Part shown: one piece after another, positions 18,362 to 28,437 of the stretch | Layout of the letters: each line of letters opens with the position of its first letter | Numbering within the stretch: the stretch's first letter is position 1 | Assembly: GCA_903836515.1 (NCBI GenBank) | Contig: CAILQW010000038.1 | Span: 8,942 to 72,941, forward strand | Origin: Candidatus Omnitrophota bacterium | GTDB taxonomy: Bacteria > Omnitrophota > Gorgyraeia > Zapsychrales > Fredricksoniimonadaceae | Length of the DNA: 64,000 nt | Reading direction: 5' to 3' | Notes under the pieces: model-generated | Seen by the model: only the letters and a program-made list of their open reading frames with translations | What the model was told of the DNA's origin: nothing | Databases searched by the model: none | Made by a program: the position numbers and the translations under genes

Positions 18362-20028
18362 TTTTTGGCCGTTTCTTTGGCGGCATCCATGATGGCGATA
18401 GCCTGGGCCAGGGCGAGCTGTACGTCAGGCAGGATGTTCTCCATGCCCACGCGGTCGATGAGTTCGGTGTTGCGCAGGGCCTTGAAGACGCGCTTGCTCA
18501 CGCCCGCAAGGATCACCTGGGTGCCGCCCTTGTGCGCCTGGATGACCAGGCTTTCCAGGGCGCTGATGGCGGTGGCGTCGACAGCCGGGACATGGCGTAT
18601 CTGGAGGATGAGCACTTTGGGCATTTTTTCGATCTCGGCCATGGTGTCGCGGAACTTGTCCGCCGCCCCGAAGAAAAATGGCCCGTTGATCTCGAATATT
18701 TCAACGCCGTCGGGGACGCCGTCGTATTCATGGGGCCGGCCGTTGGTGTCGTCTTCAATGAGGTGCATGTTGGTCATTTTGGCCATGTTGTGCATGAACA
18801 GGAATGCCGCCATGACAACACCGGTTTCGATCGCCACCGTGAGGTCCACCAGCACGGTCAGCCCAAAGGTGAATAACAGGACCAGGATGTCACCCCGCTG
18901 GCTTTTAAGGAGACGGGTGAAAAGGTGGATTTCGCTCATGTTGTAAGCCACAATGATCAGGATGCCCGCCAAAGCAGCCATGGGAATAAGCCCGGCCCAT
19001 TGGCCGCAGAAAAGAAAGATCAACAGGAGTGTGACGGCGCTGATGATCCCGGCGATGGGTGTTCGTCCGCCGTTTTTGATATTGGTGGCTGTTCGCGCGA
19101 TGGCGCCGGTGGCCGGGATGCCGCCGAAAAGAGGGGAAAACAGGTTCGCCACGCCCTGGCCGATGAGCTCCATGTTGGAGCGGTGGCGCGAGCCCAGCAT
19201 GCCGTCCGCCACGACCGCGGAAAGAAGCGATTCGATGCCGGCCAGAAGCGCGATGGTCAACGCCGGCTGGAAGAGCAGGCCGAATTCCTGCATGGTAAAA
19301 TGAGGGAATACCGGCGCCGGGAAACGGTTGGGGACCACCCCGAAGCGGCTGGCGATCGTTTCCACGGGCAAATGAAGTGCGTGGGCCAGCAGTGTGACCA
19401 CGATGATCGCCACGATGGAGCCAGGGATCCGGGAGGTGATCTTGGGCCACATCAGGATGATGAGGATGGTGAGTATCCCCAGGGAGATGGCAAACGGGTT
19501 CATGCCCGGCAAGTGCTGGAGGCAGGCCACCCATTTGTCGACGAAGTGGACGGGTGTTTTGGCCAGGGTCATGCCGAAAAGATCGGGGATCTGGGTGGTG
19601 AAAATGGTGAGCGCGATGCCGCTGGTGAACCCCACGGTGACCGGGTAGGGGATGTATTTGATGACATCGCCCAGGCGCGCGGCGCCCATGAGGATGAGGA
19701 TGACCCCGGCCATGAGCGTGGCCATGGCCAGGCCGTTATAGCCGTATTGCTGGACGATCCCGAAAACAATGATGATAAAGGCCCCGGTGGGCCCGCCGAT
19801 CTGGACGCGGCTGCCGGAAAGCGCGGAAATGAGGAAGCCCGCAATAACGCCGGTGATGAGCCCCTGCTCCGGTTTTACCCCCGAGGCGATGGCAAAGGCA
19901 ATCGACAGCGGCAGGGCCACAATGCCCACAATGATGCCGGCCAGAAGGTCGTTGGTAAACCGGGAGAGGGAATAGCCTTCTTTTAAGACGGTGATAAGTT
20001 GAGGTTCGAATGTTCTGTTTTTCATCAT
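18358..20028 (-). CDS. SulP-family anion transporter with C-terminal STAS domain
   Basis: SulP TM core plus STAS (ILQIRHVPAVDATAISALESL...). Convergent with dedA with a 4-nt stop overlap. Confidence 0.9.
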   Translation of the reverse strand: MMKNRTFEPQLITVLKEGYSLSRFTNDLLAGIIVGIVALPLSIAFAIASGVKPEQGLITGVIAGFLISALSGSRVQIGGPTGAFIIIVFGIVQQYGYNGLAMATLMAGVILILMGAARLGDVIKYIPYPVTVGFTSGIALTIFTTQIPDLFGMTLAKTPVHFVDKWVACLQHLPGMNPFAISLGILTILIILMWPKITSRIPGSIVAIIVVTLLAHALHLPVETIASRFGVVPNRFPAPVFPHFTMQEFGLLFQPALTIALLAGIESLLSAVVADGMLGSRHRSNMELIGQGVANLFSPLFGGIPATGAIARTATNIKNGGRTPIAGIISAVTLLLIFLFCGQWAGLIPMAALAGILIIVAYNMSEIHLFTRLLKSQRGDILVLLFTFGLTVLVDLTVAIETGVVMAAFLFMHNMAKMTNMHLIEDDTNGRPHEYDGVPDGVEIFEINGPFFFGAADKFRDTMAEIEKMPKVLILQIRHVPAVDATAISALESLVIQAHKGGTQVILAGVSKRVFKALRNTELIDRVGMENILPDVQLALAQAIAIMDAAKETAKN

Positions 20029-20184
20029 TTATTTCTTCTGGTGAGTTAGTGGAGAAAATGAATTATAGCATCATTGTCAAGATTTTGACGGGAAGATAAT
20101 AAAAATGTGAGCATGTTCGCGTGTTAAGGCAGGCGAAAAATTTTGGCGCTAAACAAATACAAAAATGCAGGTATAATGGCGGTC

Positions 20185-21417
20185 ATGTCGGAAAACATCT
20201 ACGACCTTGTGATCATCGGTGCGGGGGCGGCTGGGCTTATGGCCGCGGCGGAGGCGTCCCATGCGGGGGTGCGCGTTCTTGTTCTTGAGGGGCAGCGTGA
20301 ACCTGGCGTGAAGATCCTTATGGCTGGTGGCGGCCGCTGCAATGCCACCCATGCGCGTGTCAGTGCCGGAGATTATTCGGCCGGATGCCGGCACACGCTC
20401 ATGCATGTCCTTAAGACGTTCACGCCGCGGGAGGCGGTGGCTTTTTTTGAGAAATGGGGTGCGCCTCTGGCGCTTCAGGAAACGGGTGAATTCTTTTCGG
20501 CGGATAATCATGCCAGGACGGTGCGGGACGCGCTCGTGCGCGCGGCGGTGGATGGCGGGGCCAGGATCGAATGCCAGGCGCACGTTGATGCCCTGACAGC
20601 ACACGCCGGCATGTTTAAAGTTGTAGCAGGGGCGATGGCGTATGCGGCCCGATCAGTGCTGATCACCACCGGCGGCTTGTCTTTTCCCGTGACGGGGTCC
20701 GATGGCTCGGGGTATGCCCTGGCTGCGGCCCTGGGACACCGCATCGTGCCCACACGACCTGCCTTGGTGCCGCTCATGGCGGGTAATCCGGCTTTTTCAG
20801 GTCTGGCGGGCATTGTTGTGGCGGTCAGGCTTTCGCTTTGGTCCGGTGACAGGAAGCTGCGTTCTCAGGAGGGGCCTTTGCTTTTCACGCACCATGGTTT
20901 CAGCGGTCCGGCGCCCATGGAGATGAGCGGGGCCTGGATGGCGGCACGGGAACAACACGCCTGTGCGTTGCGTGTGGATTTCTTACCCGCCGCGGCGGGG
21001 GATGGGATTGATTTTATCTTCGATCCCTTATCGGCCCGGCGCAGTGTTAAAAATGTGCTGGCCCGGATGCTCCCCGAACGGCTCGTGGTTGTTTTGCTGG
21101 AACAGGCCGGTGTGGATCCGGGGCGTTTGGCCGGGGATCTCGGCCGTCAGGAAAAAAGGAAACTGGCCGCGGCCTTGCGGGCTTTGCCCCTGCCGGTGGC
21201 CGAGAGTGCAGGGTATGCCAAGGCCGAGGTGACTGCCGGCGGGGTTGATCTCAGGGAGCTTAAGGGCGCCACGCTTGAATCGCGCCTGCAGGGAGGCCTT
21301 TTTTTTGCCGGAGAGGTGGTAGATGTCGACGGGCGTATCGGCGGATTTAACCTGCACTGGGCCTGGGCCAGCGGCGTGGCCGCAGCCCGGGCAGTTATAC
21401 GAAGGATAAAAATATGA
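20185..21417 (+). CDS. HI0933-family FAD-dependent oxidoreductase (aminoacetone oxidase/BaiN-like)
   Basis: YDLVIIGAGAAGLMAA and GGGRCNATH. Start chosen at MSENIYD. A TTG at 20143 is the alternative. TATAAT at 20172-20177 sits 7 nt upstream. Confidence 0.7.
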   Translation: MSENIYDLVIIGAGAAGLMAAAEASHAGVRVLVLEGQREPGVKILMAGGGRCNATHARVSAGDYSAGCRHTLMHVLKTFTPREAVAFFEKWGAPLALQETGEFFSADNHARTVRDALVRAAVDGGARIECQAHVDALTAHAGMFKVVAGAMAYAARSVLITTGGLSFPVTGSDGSGYALAAALGHRIVPTRPALVPLMAGNPAFSGLAGIVVAVRLSLWSGDRKLRSQEGPLLFTHHGFSGPAPMEMSGAWMAAREQHACALRVDFLPAAAGDGIDFIFDPLSARRSVKNVLARMLPERLVVVLLEQAGVDPGRLAGDLGRQEKRKLAAALRALPLPVAESAGYAKAEVTAGGVDLRELKGATLESRLQGGLFFAGEVVDVDGRIGGFNLHWAWASGVAAARAVIRRIKI

Positions 21418-21743
21418 TCACGGTGTTATTGCTGACCGTTTCCAATGTTTTTATGACGTTTGCCTGGTACGGGCACCTGAAGTTCAAGGATCAGCCGCTG
21501 TGGATCGTGATCCTGGCCAGCTGGGGGATCGCGTTCCTGGAGTATTGTTTCATGGTGCCTGCCAACCGCTGGGGGAGCACACAGTTCACAACCACTCAGT
21601 TGAAGGTTATTCAGGAGGTGGTCACGCTGATGGTTTTTTGCGGATTTTCTATCTTGTATCTCAAGGAACAGTTCAGGTGGAATTACGCGGCGGGTTTCTT
21701 GTGTATCCTTGCCGCCGTTTTTTTTGTGTTCAAGAAGTGGTAG
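21414..21743 (+). CDS. Small DMT-superfamily membrane protein (DUF486-like), 4 TM
   Basis: 109 aa with four hydrophobic helices. ATGA overlap with the upstream gene. Confidence 0.5.
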   Translation: MITVLLLTVSNVFMTFAWYGHLKFKDQPLWIVILASWGIAFLEYCFMVPANRWGSTQFTTTQLKVIQEVVTLMVFCGFSILYLKEQFRWNYAAGFLCILAAVFFVFKKW

Positions 21744-21754
21744 ATCAGGCCGGG

Positions 21755-23089
21755 TTACAGCAGATCGCTGGCCAGTTCCGCCAGCTCCGACCTTTCTCCT
21801 TTTTCGAGGAAAATGTGGGTGTACAGATTCTGCCCCTGCATTTTATCGATCAGGTAGCTTAATCCATTGGAATAGATGTCCAGGTAGGGGTGGTCGATCT
21901 GGAAAATGTCTCCGGTGAACACCATTTTGGTGTTCTCGCCCGCCCGGGTGATGATGGTTTTGATCTCGTGAGGGGTCAGGTTCTGCGCTTCGTCCACGAT
22001 GAAGTAGGTGTCCACCAGGCTCCGGCCGCGGATGTAGGCCAGCGGGGCAATGACGAGCTTTTCATCGTCGAGAAGTTTCTGGAATTTTTTGCTCCGGCGT
22101 TCGGCGGGATCAATGGACCGGTCCTGGATGACCCCCAGATTGTCGTAAAGCGGCTGCATGTAAGGGCCGACTTTTTCATCCACGCCGCCGGGCAGGTAGC
22201 CCAGGTCCTTGTTGGAAAGCGCCACGATCGGCCGCGAGAGGAATATCTGTTTGTAGTTGTCGCGCTGGTGGAGCGCGGCCGCCAGGGCCAGAAGGGTTTT
22301 GCCGGTTCCGGCTTTGCCCGAGACCGTGACGAGGCGCAGGTTCTCGTTCATCAGGGCGTGAAGGGCGAACATCTGCTCCACATTGCGCGGTTTGATGCCG
22401 GATGCCTGGATCTTGGTGATGTGCCTGATCATCATGTCGCCGGGGTCGACATAGCCCAGCGCCGACATGTTCTTGTTGCGCGCCACGATGAATTCATTGG
22501 CATGGAACTTGGCGCGCGATTTGAATTTCTTGGGCGATACACCGGCGCTGTCATGGCAGAGCTGGTTGATAACCTCGCGGGACACGTTTTCCTCGAAACG
22601 GTAGCCCTTGTAAATGGTGGAGATGTCTTTCACGTGGTCCGTGGTGTAGTCTTCGGCGATGAGATGGACGGCCTTGGCTTTCATGCGCAGGTTGACGTCT
22701 TTGGTGACCAGGGTTACGGTCCGCCCCTGGGCTTCCCGGGAGAGGCAGTAGGCGCAGTTGAGTATCTTGTGGTCGGGTTTTTCGGTCTCGAAATGGGGAC
22801 GCAGGTCCGGGTGGAATTTTTGGTCGAGCTTGATGATGAGGCTTCCCTTGTTCCGGCCGATGGGCAGTCCGCCGTTAAAAACGCCGTCGCTGGAGATCTT
22901 GTCGATCTCCTTGAGGAAATGGCGTGCATGGAAATTGAGCGTTTCATTGCCTTTTTTGAACTTGTCGAGTTCTTCAAGGACGGTGATCGGCAGGACGATA
23001 TCGTGTTGTTTGAACTGGTGGAGGCATGCGCTGTCATGCAGGATCACGTTGGTGTCAAGGACGAATAATTTGGTGGTTTTTTCGGCCAT
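21755..23089 (-). CDS. PhoH2 (N-terminal PIN domain fused to PhoH-like ATPase)
   Basis: PIN acidic residues (LDTNVILHD...), Walker A GKAGTGKT, and PhoH motifs. Confidence 0.85.
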   Translation of the reverse strand: MAEKTTKLFVLDTNVILHDSACLHQFKQHDIVLPITVLEELDKFKKGNETLNFHARHFLKEIDKISSDGVFNGGLPIGRNKGSLIIKLDQKFHPDLRPHFETEKPDHKILNCAYCLSREAQGRTVTLVTKDVNLRMKAKAVHLIAEDYTTDHVKDISTIYKGYRFEENVSREVINQLCHDSAGVSPKKFKSRAKFHANEFIVARNKNMSALGYVDPGDMMIRHITKIQASGIKPRNVEQMFALHALMNENLRLVTVSGKAGTGKTLLALAAALHQRDNYKQIFLSRPIVALSNKDLGYLPGGVDEKVGPYMQPLYDNLGVIQDRSIDPAERRSKKFQKLLDDEKLVIAPLAYIRGRSLVDTYFIVDEAQNLTPHEIKTIITRAGENTKMVFTGDIFQIDHPYLDIYSNGLSYLIDKMQGQNLYTHIFLEKGERSELAELASDLL

Positions 23090-23159
23090 AAGTCACCTGC
23101 CTTGGTAGCATGTAGCTGTTAACCGCTGCAATGACATCCATTATAATTTCAGGCATGCC

Positions 23160-23951
23160 ATGATAAAGAAGTTTAACATATTTCTGTTCGTCTTCGCTGC
23201 GGGCCTGGCGGGCTGTGTCTCGACCATGCCGGCGGTGCCCAAAGACCTGCCGGAGGTGCCGCTGACCGCGGCGGATGTTCATCCCGGGAAAGGGTTTCCG
23301 GTGCGGGAACGGCTTGTGTTCCGGGTCAAATGGCTGGGGATGACCGCCGGGGAGATCACCGCGGAGATCAACGGCGGCGTGGTATGGCAGGGCCGTCCCT
23401 GTTATCTGATCGAGGTCCGGGCACGCACGTCCGGTCTTGCCTCTTCTTTTTACCGGGTGGATGATCTCTTCCGTTCTTATCTGGATGCGGCGGCATTTTA
23501 TCCGCTCCGCCATGAAGAGCTGCGCCATGAGGGCGGGTACCGGAAGGATGCCGTGACGGATTTTGACCATGCCTCCGGCAAGGCGCATTTTCACAATGCG
23601 GTCGATAAGAGCGACAAGATATTTGATATTCCTTCCGGGGTGCAGGACATTCTCACCAGTGCCTATCTGGGGCGTTTCCTGCCTCTGGCCGGAGGGCGGA
23701 TGTTCCATGTGAAAGTCTGCAACAGCGAGAAGGTCTATGATCTGTATATTTCGGCGCGCGGGCGGTCAGTGATCGCCGGGCGCAGGACCTTTCACCTGGT
23801 TCCTTTTGCCAAGATCAACGGGGATGATATCCGCGAGGGGCGGGGGAGCGGTTATGTGACAGATGATGCGGCGCGTTTACCGTTGTGGGTTGTGATCAAG
23901 GGCCCGGTATTCACGCAGGTGACGGCCGTTCTGGATAGCCCGGGGCTGTAA
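23160..23951 (+). CDS. DUF3108 lipoprotein
   Basis: Lipobox LAGC after the signal peptide. DUF3108-like motifs. Confidence 0.6.
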   Translation: MIKKFNIFLFVFAAGLAGCVSTMPAVPKDLPEVPLTAADVHPGKGFPVRERLVFRVKWLGMTAGEITAEINGGVVWQGRPCYLIEVRARTSGLASSFYRVDDLFRSYLDAAAFYPLRHEELRHEGGYRKDAVTDFDHASGKAHFHNAVDKSDKIFDIPSGVQDILTSAYLGRFLPLAGGRMFHVKVCNSEKVYDLYISARGRSVIAGRRTFHLVPFAKINGDDIREGRGSGYVTDDAARLPLWVVIKGPVFTQVTAVLDSPGL

Positions 23952-24029
23952 AGAAATCATTGTTTTATTGAAGAAGTCAGCCGGATGGTTTAAATTACCG
24001 GGGTTCCGTGGGCCTTAAGGAGGATCGGC

Positions 24030-24782
24030 ATGGTAAAGTTTTTGTTTTTTCTGGTACTAGCCATGGCGGGCTTTGTCCCGGCGGCCATGGCCGCAACGGC
24101 GCCGGGAGACCCGAGCCTGGCGGGCGGCGGGGCCGTGATGTCAACCAGCCCTTATGCCGGGGTGGGCACCCGGACGCATGCGATCCCTTTTTTTGCGCTG
24201 GAGTATAAAAATTTTTATATCAAAGGCCTTGAGGCCGGGTATCGCGGCCTGAAGGCCGGGGATCTGACGGTCAGCGTTATCGTCGATGGGCAGTGGATGG
24301 GGTACCATGCCGGGGACAGCGCGGCCCTGGAGGGCATGAAGGACCGGGGCATGTCTCTGGGAGCGGGTGTCAAGGCGGAATATGCCCTGCCGTGGCATCA
24401 GATGACGTTCACCGCCAAGGCGGTGAGGGACGTGCTCGCGCACTATGACGGCGGGAACTGCGAGCTGTCTGTCAGCCGGCCTGTCAGGGGGCGTATTTTC
24501 CGTTTCTATCCTTCCGTCGGGGTTAGTTATGAGACCCGCCAGATGACAGATTATTATTACGGCGTCCGGGATGATGAGGCGCGTGCCGGCCGTCCCGCCT
24601 ATACGCCGGGTAGTGCGGCCGATCCTTTTGTCCGCGGTGTGCTGAGCGTGGGGGTGTCCCGTAATTTGATCGTACTCACGATGCTGCGGGCCGAGTCCCT
24701 GGCCCCGGAGATCCGCAAAAGTCCCCTTGTGAATAAAAGTTATGCGCTCAGTGCCGCGTGCGGCCTGTGCTGGAGATTTTGA
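24030..24782 (+). CDS. MipA/OmpV-family outer membrane protein
   Basis: Signal peptide. PYAGVG...PFFALEYKNFYIKGLEAGY is the MipA signature. Confidence 0.7.
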   Translation: MVKFLFFLVLAMAGFVPAAMAATAPGDPSLAGGGAVMSTSPYAGVGTRTHAIPFFALEYKNFYIKGLEAGYRGLKAGDLTVSVIVDGQWMGYHAGDSAALEGMKDRGMSLGAGVKAEYALPWHQMTFTAKAVRDVLAHYDGGNCELSVSRPVRGRIFRFYPSVGVSYETRQMTDYYYGVRDDEARAGRPAYTPGSAADPFVRGVLSVGVSRNLIVLTMLRAESLAPEIRKSPLVNKSYALSAACGLCWRF

Positions 24783-24897
24783 ACGCAGGGCCGGCCTGCG
24801 TGCAGGCTTTGTTGAAAGCGCCGGGAGCCCGGGGAAAAGCCTTGCGGCCTGAGTGAGGGTTCATTATAATGAATTTTCAATCATGAAGGAGGTCTTT

Positions 24898-25221
24898 ATG
24901 GGTGCTGCTGTCAAGGTGACTGCTGTGAATTTCGAGGCTGAGGTATTGAAGGCGTCCGTTCCGGTCCTGGTGGATTTCTGGGCGGAATGGTGCGGCCCCT
25001 GCCGTATGGTGCTTCCCATGGTCGAGGAGATCGCCCTGGAGCTTGCGGACAAGGCCAAGGTGTGCAAGATCAATGTCGATGAGTCGCCGGATCTCGCGGG
25101 ACAGTTCGATGTGGCGTCGATTCCGACACTTCTTATTTTCAAGAATGGCCAGGTGGTGGACCAGATGGTCGGGGCGCTCCCCAAGGCGCGTTTGCTCGAA
25201 AAACTGAAGGCCCATATTTAG
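24898..25221 (+). CDS. trxA: Thioredoxin
   Basis: WCGPC active site. GAAGGAGG RBS at 24884-24891. Confidence 0.85.
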   Translation: MGAAVKVTAVNFEAEVLKASVPVLVDFWAEWCGPCRMVLPMVEEIALELADKAKVCKINVDESPDLAGQFDVASIPTLLIFKNGQVVDQMVGALPKARLLEKLKAHI

Positions 25222-25245
25222 GGCCGCGAAGGAGTCACGTCTTTT

Positions 25246-25596
25246 ATGTTGCTCACGTTCTGCAAATCCAAGATCGCTCACGCCCGGGTCACCGCTGCGG
25301 AGCTGTACTACGAAGGCAGTATCACCATCGATGCGGATATCATTGCCGCCGCCGGGCTTTTCCCCGGCGAGAAGGTGGAAATATTCAATGTCAATAACGG
25401 CGCCCGCCTTGAAACCTACATCATTGCCGGCAAGGCCGGTTCCGGTCACTTTTGCCTCAACGGCCCGGCGGCGCGCCTGGGGTATGTCGGCGACCGGCTG
25501 ATCATTGTCAGTTATGCACTGGTGACGCCGGAAGAAGCCAAGGCCCTTAAGACCCGCACGGTCTATTTAACCGATGACAACACGATTAAAGCTTAG
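25246..25596 (+). CDS. panD: Aspartate 1-decarboxylase (pyruvoyl-dependent)
   Basis: Near-collinear match to PanD (KSKIHRATVT, GS autocleavage site, YEGS). Confidence 0.9.
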   Translation: MLLTFCKSKIAHARVTAAELYYEGSITIDADIIAAAGLFPGEKVEIFNVNNGARLETYIIAGKAGSGHFCLNGPAARLGYVGDRLIIVSYALVTPEEAKALKTRTVYLTDDNTIKA

Positions 25597-26095
25597 AATA
25601 TACGGCGACCCGTGCCTGCGCAGGCCGGCGCGGGCTGTTCTTGCTGTCGGTCCGGCGGAGAAACTCCTGATCAGGGAGATGATCCCGGCGATGTATGCTT
25701 TTGACGGCACGGGCCTGGCTGCCAACCAGGTGGGTATTGAAGAGAAGATTTTCGTGGCCGATATCGGTGAAGGCCCGTTTGCTGTCATCAATCCCGAGAT
25801 CATCCGGGTATCGGAGAAGAAAACGGTCCTGGAAGAGGGGTGTTTGAGCTTGCCGGGGATCCATGTGAAGGTCAAGCGTCCGGCGGACATCCGTGTCCGG
25901 TATTTGAGCGAGCGCAATGAGCTCATCGAGGCCGAGTTGACCGGTATCCCCGCCAAGGTTTTTCAGCACGAGATCGATCATTTGAACGGCTGCCTGATCA
26001 TTGATCACGCGAGCAAGGCCGCAATGGATTCTTTTGCGGAGAAATTGTCTGCGGGCCTTGTCCCGGCGCGCAAGAAGGAAAAGGTCCGTGCCTGA
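25574..26095 (+). CDS. def: Peptide deformylase
   Basis: GLAANQVG, EGCLSLPG, QHEIDHLNG. Overlaps the panD 3' end by 23 nt. Confidence 0.9.
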   Translation: MTTRLKLRIYGDPCLRRPARAVLAVGPAEKLLIREMIPAMYAFDGTGLAANQVGIEEKIFVADIGEGPFAVINPEIIRVSEKKTVLEEGCLSLPGIHVKVKRPADIRVRYLSERNELIEAELTGIPAKVFQHEIDHLNGCLIIDHASKAAMDSFAEKLSAGLVPARKKEKVRA

Positions 26096-26993
26096 GCCCG
26101 GAAGCGTTCCGGCGGATACGGGCAGGCTTCCGGCGTGGTTTCGGCAGGAGCTCCCGGATCCTGCGGCGTTTGCACGGATGAGGTCCTGGCTTGATGCGGG
26201 CGCGCTGCATACGGTGTGTGCCGGGGCGCGCTGTCCGAACATGGGCCATTGCTGGAACAGGGGCACGGCCACGTTCATGATCCTCGGCGACACATGCACG
26301 CGCGCATGTCTTTTTTGCGCGGTCCGGACAGGGCGTCCGGCGGCTGTTGATCCGCAGGAGCCTTTCCGGCTGGCGCAAACGGTGCGCGGGCTGGGCCTGC
26401 GGTATGCCGTTATCACCTCCGTCACCCGCGATGATCTTGAGGACGAAGGGGCCGGGCATTTTGCCCGGACGCTGGAGGCGCTGCGGGCCGCGGTGGCGGA
26501 TATCAAGGTGGAGCTTCTGGTACCGGATTTTTCCGCACGCCCGGCGTGTTTTGAGGTGGTCGCTGCCGCGCGTCCGGATGTGATCGGGCACAATATTGAG
26601 ACGGTGCGGCGGTTGTCTCCTCTGTTAAGGCCGCAGGCCGGCCACGACCGGTCTCTGGCGGCGCTGGCCCTGGCAAAATCGGTGCAGGGTGAGGGGCTTG
26701 TTAAATCAGGGCTCATGGTTGGCCTGGGTGAAACAGACGGCGAAGTGATCGGTGCGCTGGCCGAGTTGAAGGCTGCGGGCTGCGACATTGTCACCATCGG
26801 GCAATATCTGGCGCCCGCCGCAGACGGTCGTCAGCGGGCCGTGGCGCGTTTCGTGGCGCCGCAGGTATTTGATATGTACCGTCAGGAAGGCCTGGCCATG
26901 GGGTTGTCCCAGGTGCTGGCGGGCCCATTGGTCAGGAGTTCATTCCTGGCGCAGGAGCTTTACGGCAAGGCACTGGAAGGGGCCAAGATATGA
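26088..26993 (+). CDS. lipA: Lipoyl synthase (radical SAM)
   Basis: CPNMGHCW auxiliary cluster and CTRACLFC radical-SAM cluster. GTG start at 26088 overlapping the def stop. The ORF-track frame is open from 26001. Confidence 0.85.
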   Translation: MPEPGSVPADTGRLPAWFRQELPDPAAFARMRSWLDAGALHTVCAGARCPNMGHCWNRGTATFMILGDTCTRACLFCAVRTGRPAAVDPQEPFRLAQTVRGLGLRYAVITSVTRDDLEDEGAGHFARTLEALRAAVADIKVELLVPDFSARPACFEVVAAARPDVIGHNIETVRRLSPLLRPQAGHDRSLAALALAKSVQGEGLVKSGLMVGLGETDGEVIGALAELKAAGCDIVTIGQYLAPAADGRQRAVARFVAPQVFDMYRQEGLAMGLSQVLAGPLVRSSFLAQELYGKALEGAKI

Positions 26994-27991
26994 CAGAGCG
27001 GGTGAAGAACATGGTTTCGTTCGTGGGCCGGTTCGCTCTGAGCGCCGGGCTTTTGGTGTGGGTATTTTCCTTCATCAACTGGCGGGACACCCTTGTGGCC
27101 ATGCGTCATGCGGATAGGGGGCTTTTGCTGGGGGCGGTGGCTTTTCACATGGCCATTCAGGTCGCGATCCTTTTCCGGTGGTTCTTTTTCATGCGGGCGT
27201 TGAAACTTAATGCGTCGTTCGGGTTGACGTGCCGTTATTTTTTCATCGGTCTTTTTTGCAATCTCTTTTTGCCCACATCCATCGGCGGAGACCTGGTCAA
27301 GGCCATTGGATTAAGCCGCGGGGTCGGGCAGAAGCCCAAGGTATTTGCTTCGGTGGTGCTGGACCGTTTGAGCGGGTTCGCGGGGCTTGTCATCGTGGCG
27401 GCGCTTGCTTACGCGGCCGGCAGCAGCCTCATTGATGCCCCTTCGGTCGTTATTCCCATCGTGGTGCTGACGCTGCTGTCGTTTGTCATCGGGGGGATGC
27501 TCTTTAACCAGGGGCTCTATCATTTCTTCGGGAGAATTGTCCGAAGGTTTCCGCACGTCCAGAAAGGCATCCTGGACATGCACCGGGATGTCATGTTGAT
27601 GAAGGGGAAAAAGCGCACCGGGCTGGGGTGCATTGTCCTTTCCTGTTTTATTCAGGGGTTGGGGGCGGTTATGTATTATCTCATCGCCAGGGCCATGCAC
27701 CAGGACGTTCATTTCCTGCCGTTTTTGGTGTTTGCTCCCATTGTTTCGGCGGTGACATTCCTTCCGTCCATCGGAGGGCTCGGCGTCCGCGAGATCGGCT
27801 GGGTGTATCTTCTGGCTAAGGTCGGGGTGGGGCAGGGTGTGGCCCTGGGGCTTAGCCTCATCAGTTTCTTTTTTGTTATTGTCACAGGACTTATCGGCGG
27901 AGTTGTTTATGTCACGACAGTTCCTCATCGACGGTTACAATGTGATGTACAAGATGCCGGGGCGGGGTCCTGCCTCCGGGCTGAGCCTTGA
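26990..27991 (+). CDS. UPF0104/lysyl-phosphatidylglycerol-synthase-TM-like (flippase-like) membrane protein
   Basis: 8 TM. Conserved LPTSIGGDLVKA and GGLGVRE motifs. Confidence 0.6.
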   Translation: MTERVKNMVSFVGRFALSAGLLVWVFSFINWRDTLVAMRHADRGLLLGAVAFHMAIQVAILFRWFFFMRALKLNASFGLTCRYFFIGLFCNLFLPTSIGGDLVKAIGLSRGVGQKPKVFASVVLDRLSGFAGLVIVAALAYAAGSSLIDAPSVVIPIVVLTLLSFVIGGMLFNQGLYHFFGRIVRRFPHVQKGILDMHRDVMLMKGKKRTGLGCIVLSCFIQGLGAVMYYLIARAMHQDVHFLPFLVFAPIVSAVTFLPSIGGLGVREIGWVYLLAKVGVGQGVALGLSLISFFFVIVTGLIGGVVYVTTVPHRRLQCDVQDAGAGSCLRAEP

Positions 27992-28436
27992 GGACGGGCG
28001 CACGGGATTGATCCGGTTTATCCGTGAATGCCGTCCGCAGGGTAAAGGTCCCGACACCATGACTGTTGTTTTTGACGGGCGTGAGGATGTTGTGGGCGTG
28101 CCGCAGGCGGCGTCCGATATCCGGGTGATCTTCACCCAGGGCACGTCCGCCGACGACCGGATCCGCGATCTGCTGGAAGACGCTTCTGATCCCGGTCGGG
28201 TTGTGTGTGTGACCGACGACCGTGAATTGGCCCTGGCTTGCCGCCATCGTGGCGGCGTGGTCTGGAGCGTGGCGCGTTTCCTGGGTCAGGGCGGCAGCAA
28301 AGATCCTGGTCCGGTTTCCCGGCAGGGCAAGGCGTGCCGTGCCCTGCCAGGGGAGGAAAAGGCCCTGTCGCCTGCGGCCGCCGGGCGCATTGACCGCGAA
28401 CTTTCCGGGTTGTGGCTTTACAGGAAGAAAGCGTAA
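27909..28436 (+). CDS. NYN/YacP-like domain protein (putative RNase)
   Basis: FLIDGYNVMY...VVFDG...VCVTDD is the acidic pattern of NYN/YacP. Start M25 of ORF 27837. It overlaps the upstream gene by ~80 nt, so the start is uncertain. Confidence 0.5.
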   Translation: MSRQFLIDGYNVMYKMPGRGPASGLSLEDGRTGLIRFIRECRPQGKGPDTMTVVFDGREDVVGVPQAASDIRVIFTQGTSADDRIRDLLEDASDPGRVVCVTDDRELALACRHRGGVVWSVARFLGQGGSKDPGPVSRQGKACRALPGEEKALSPAAAGRIDRELSGLWLYRKKA

Positions 28437-28437
28437 G

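Noticed and set aside
23055-23708. 217-aa minus-strand ORF upstream of phoH2 (possible antitoxin-like partner)
   Set aside because: It is antisense to the DUF3108 lipoprotein gene, which has a convincing signal peptide/lipobox and RBS. The translation is Arg/Pro-rich, so it is a GC artefact.
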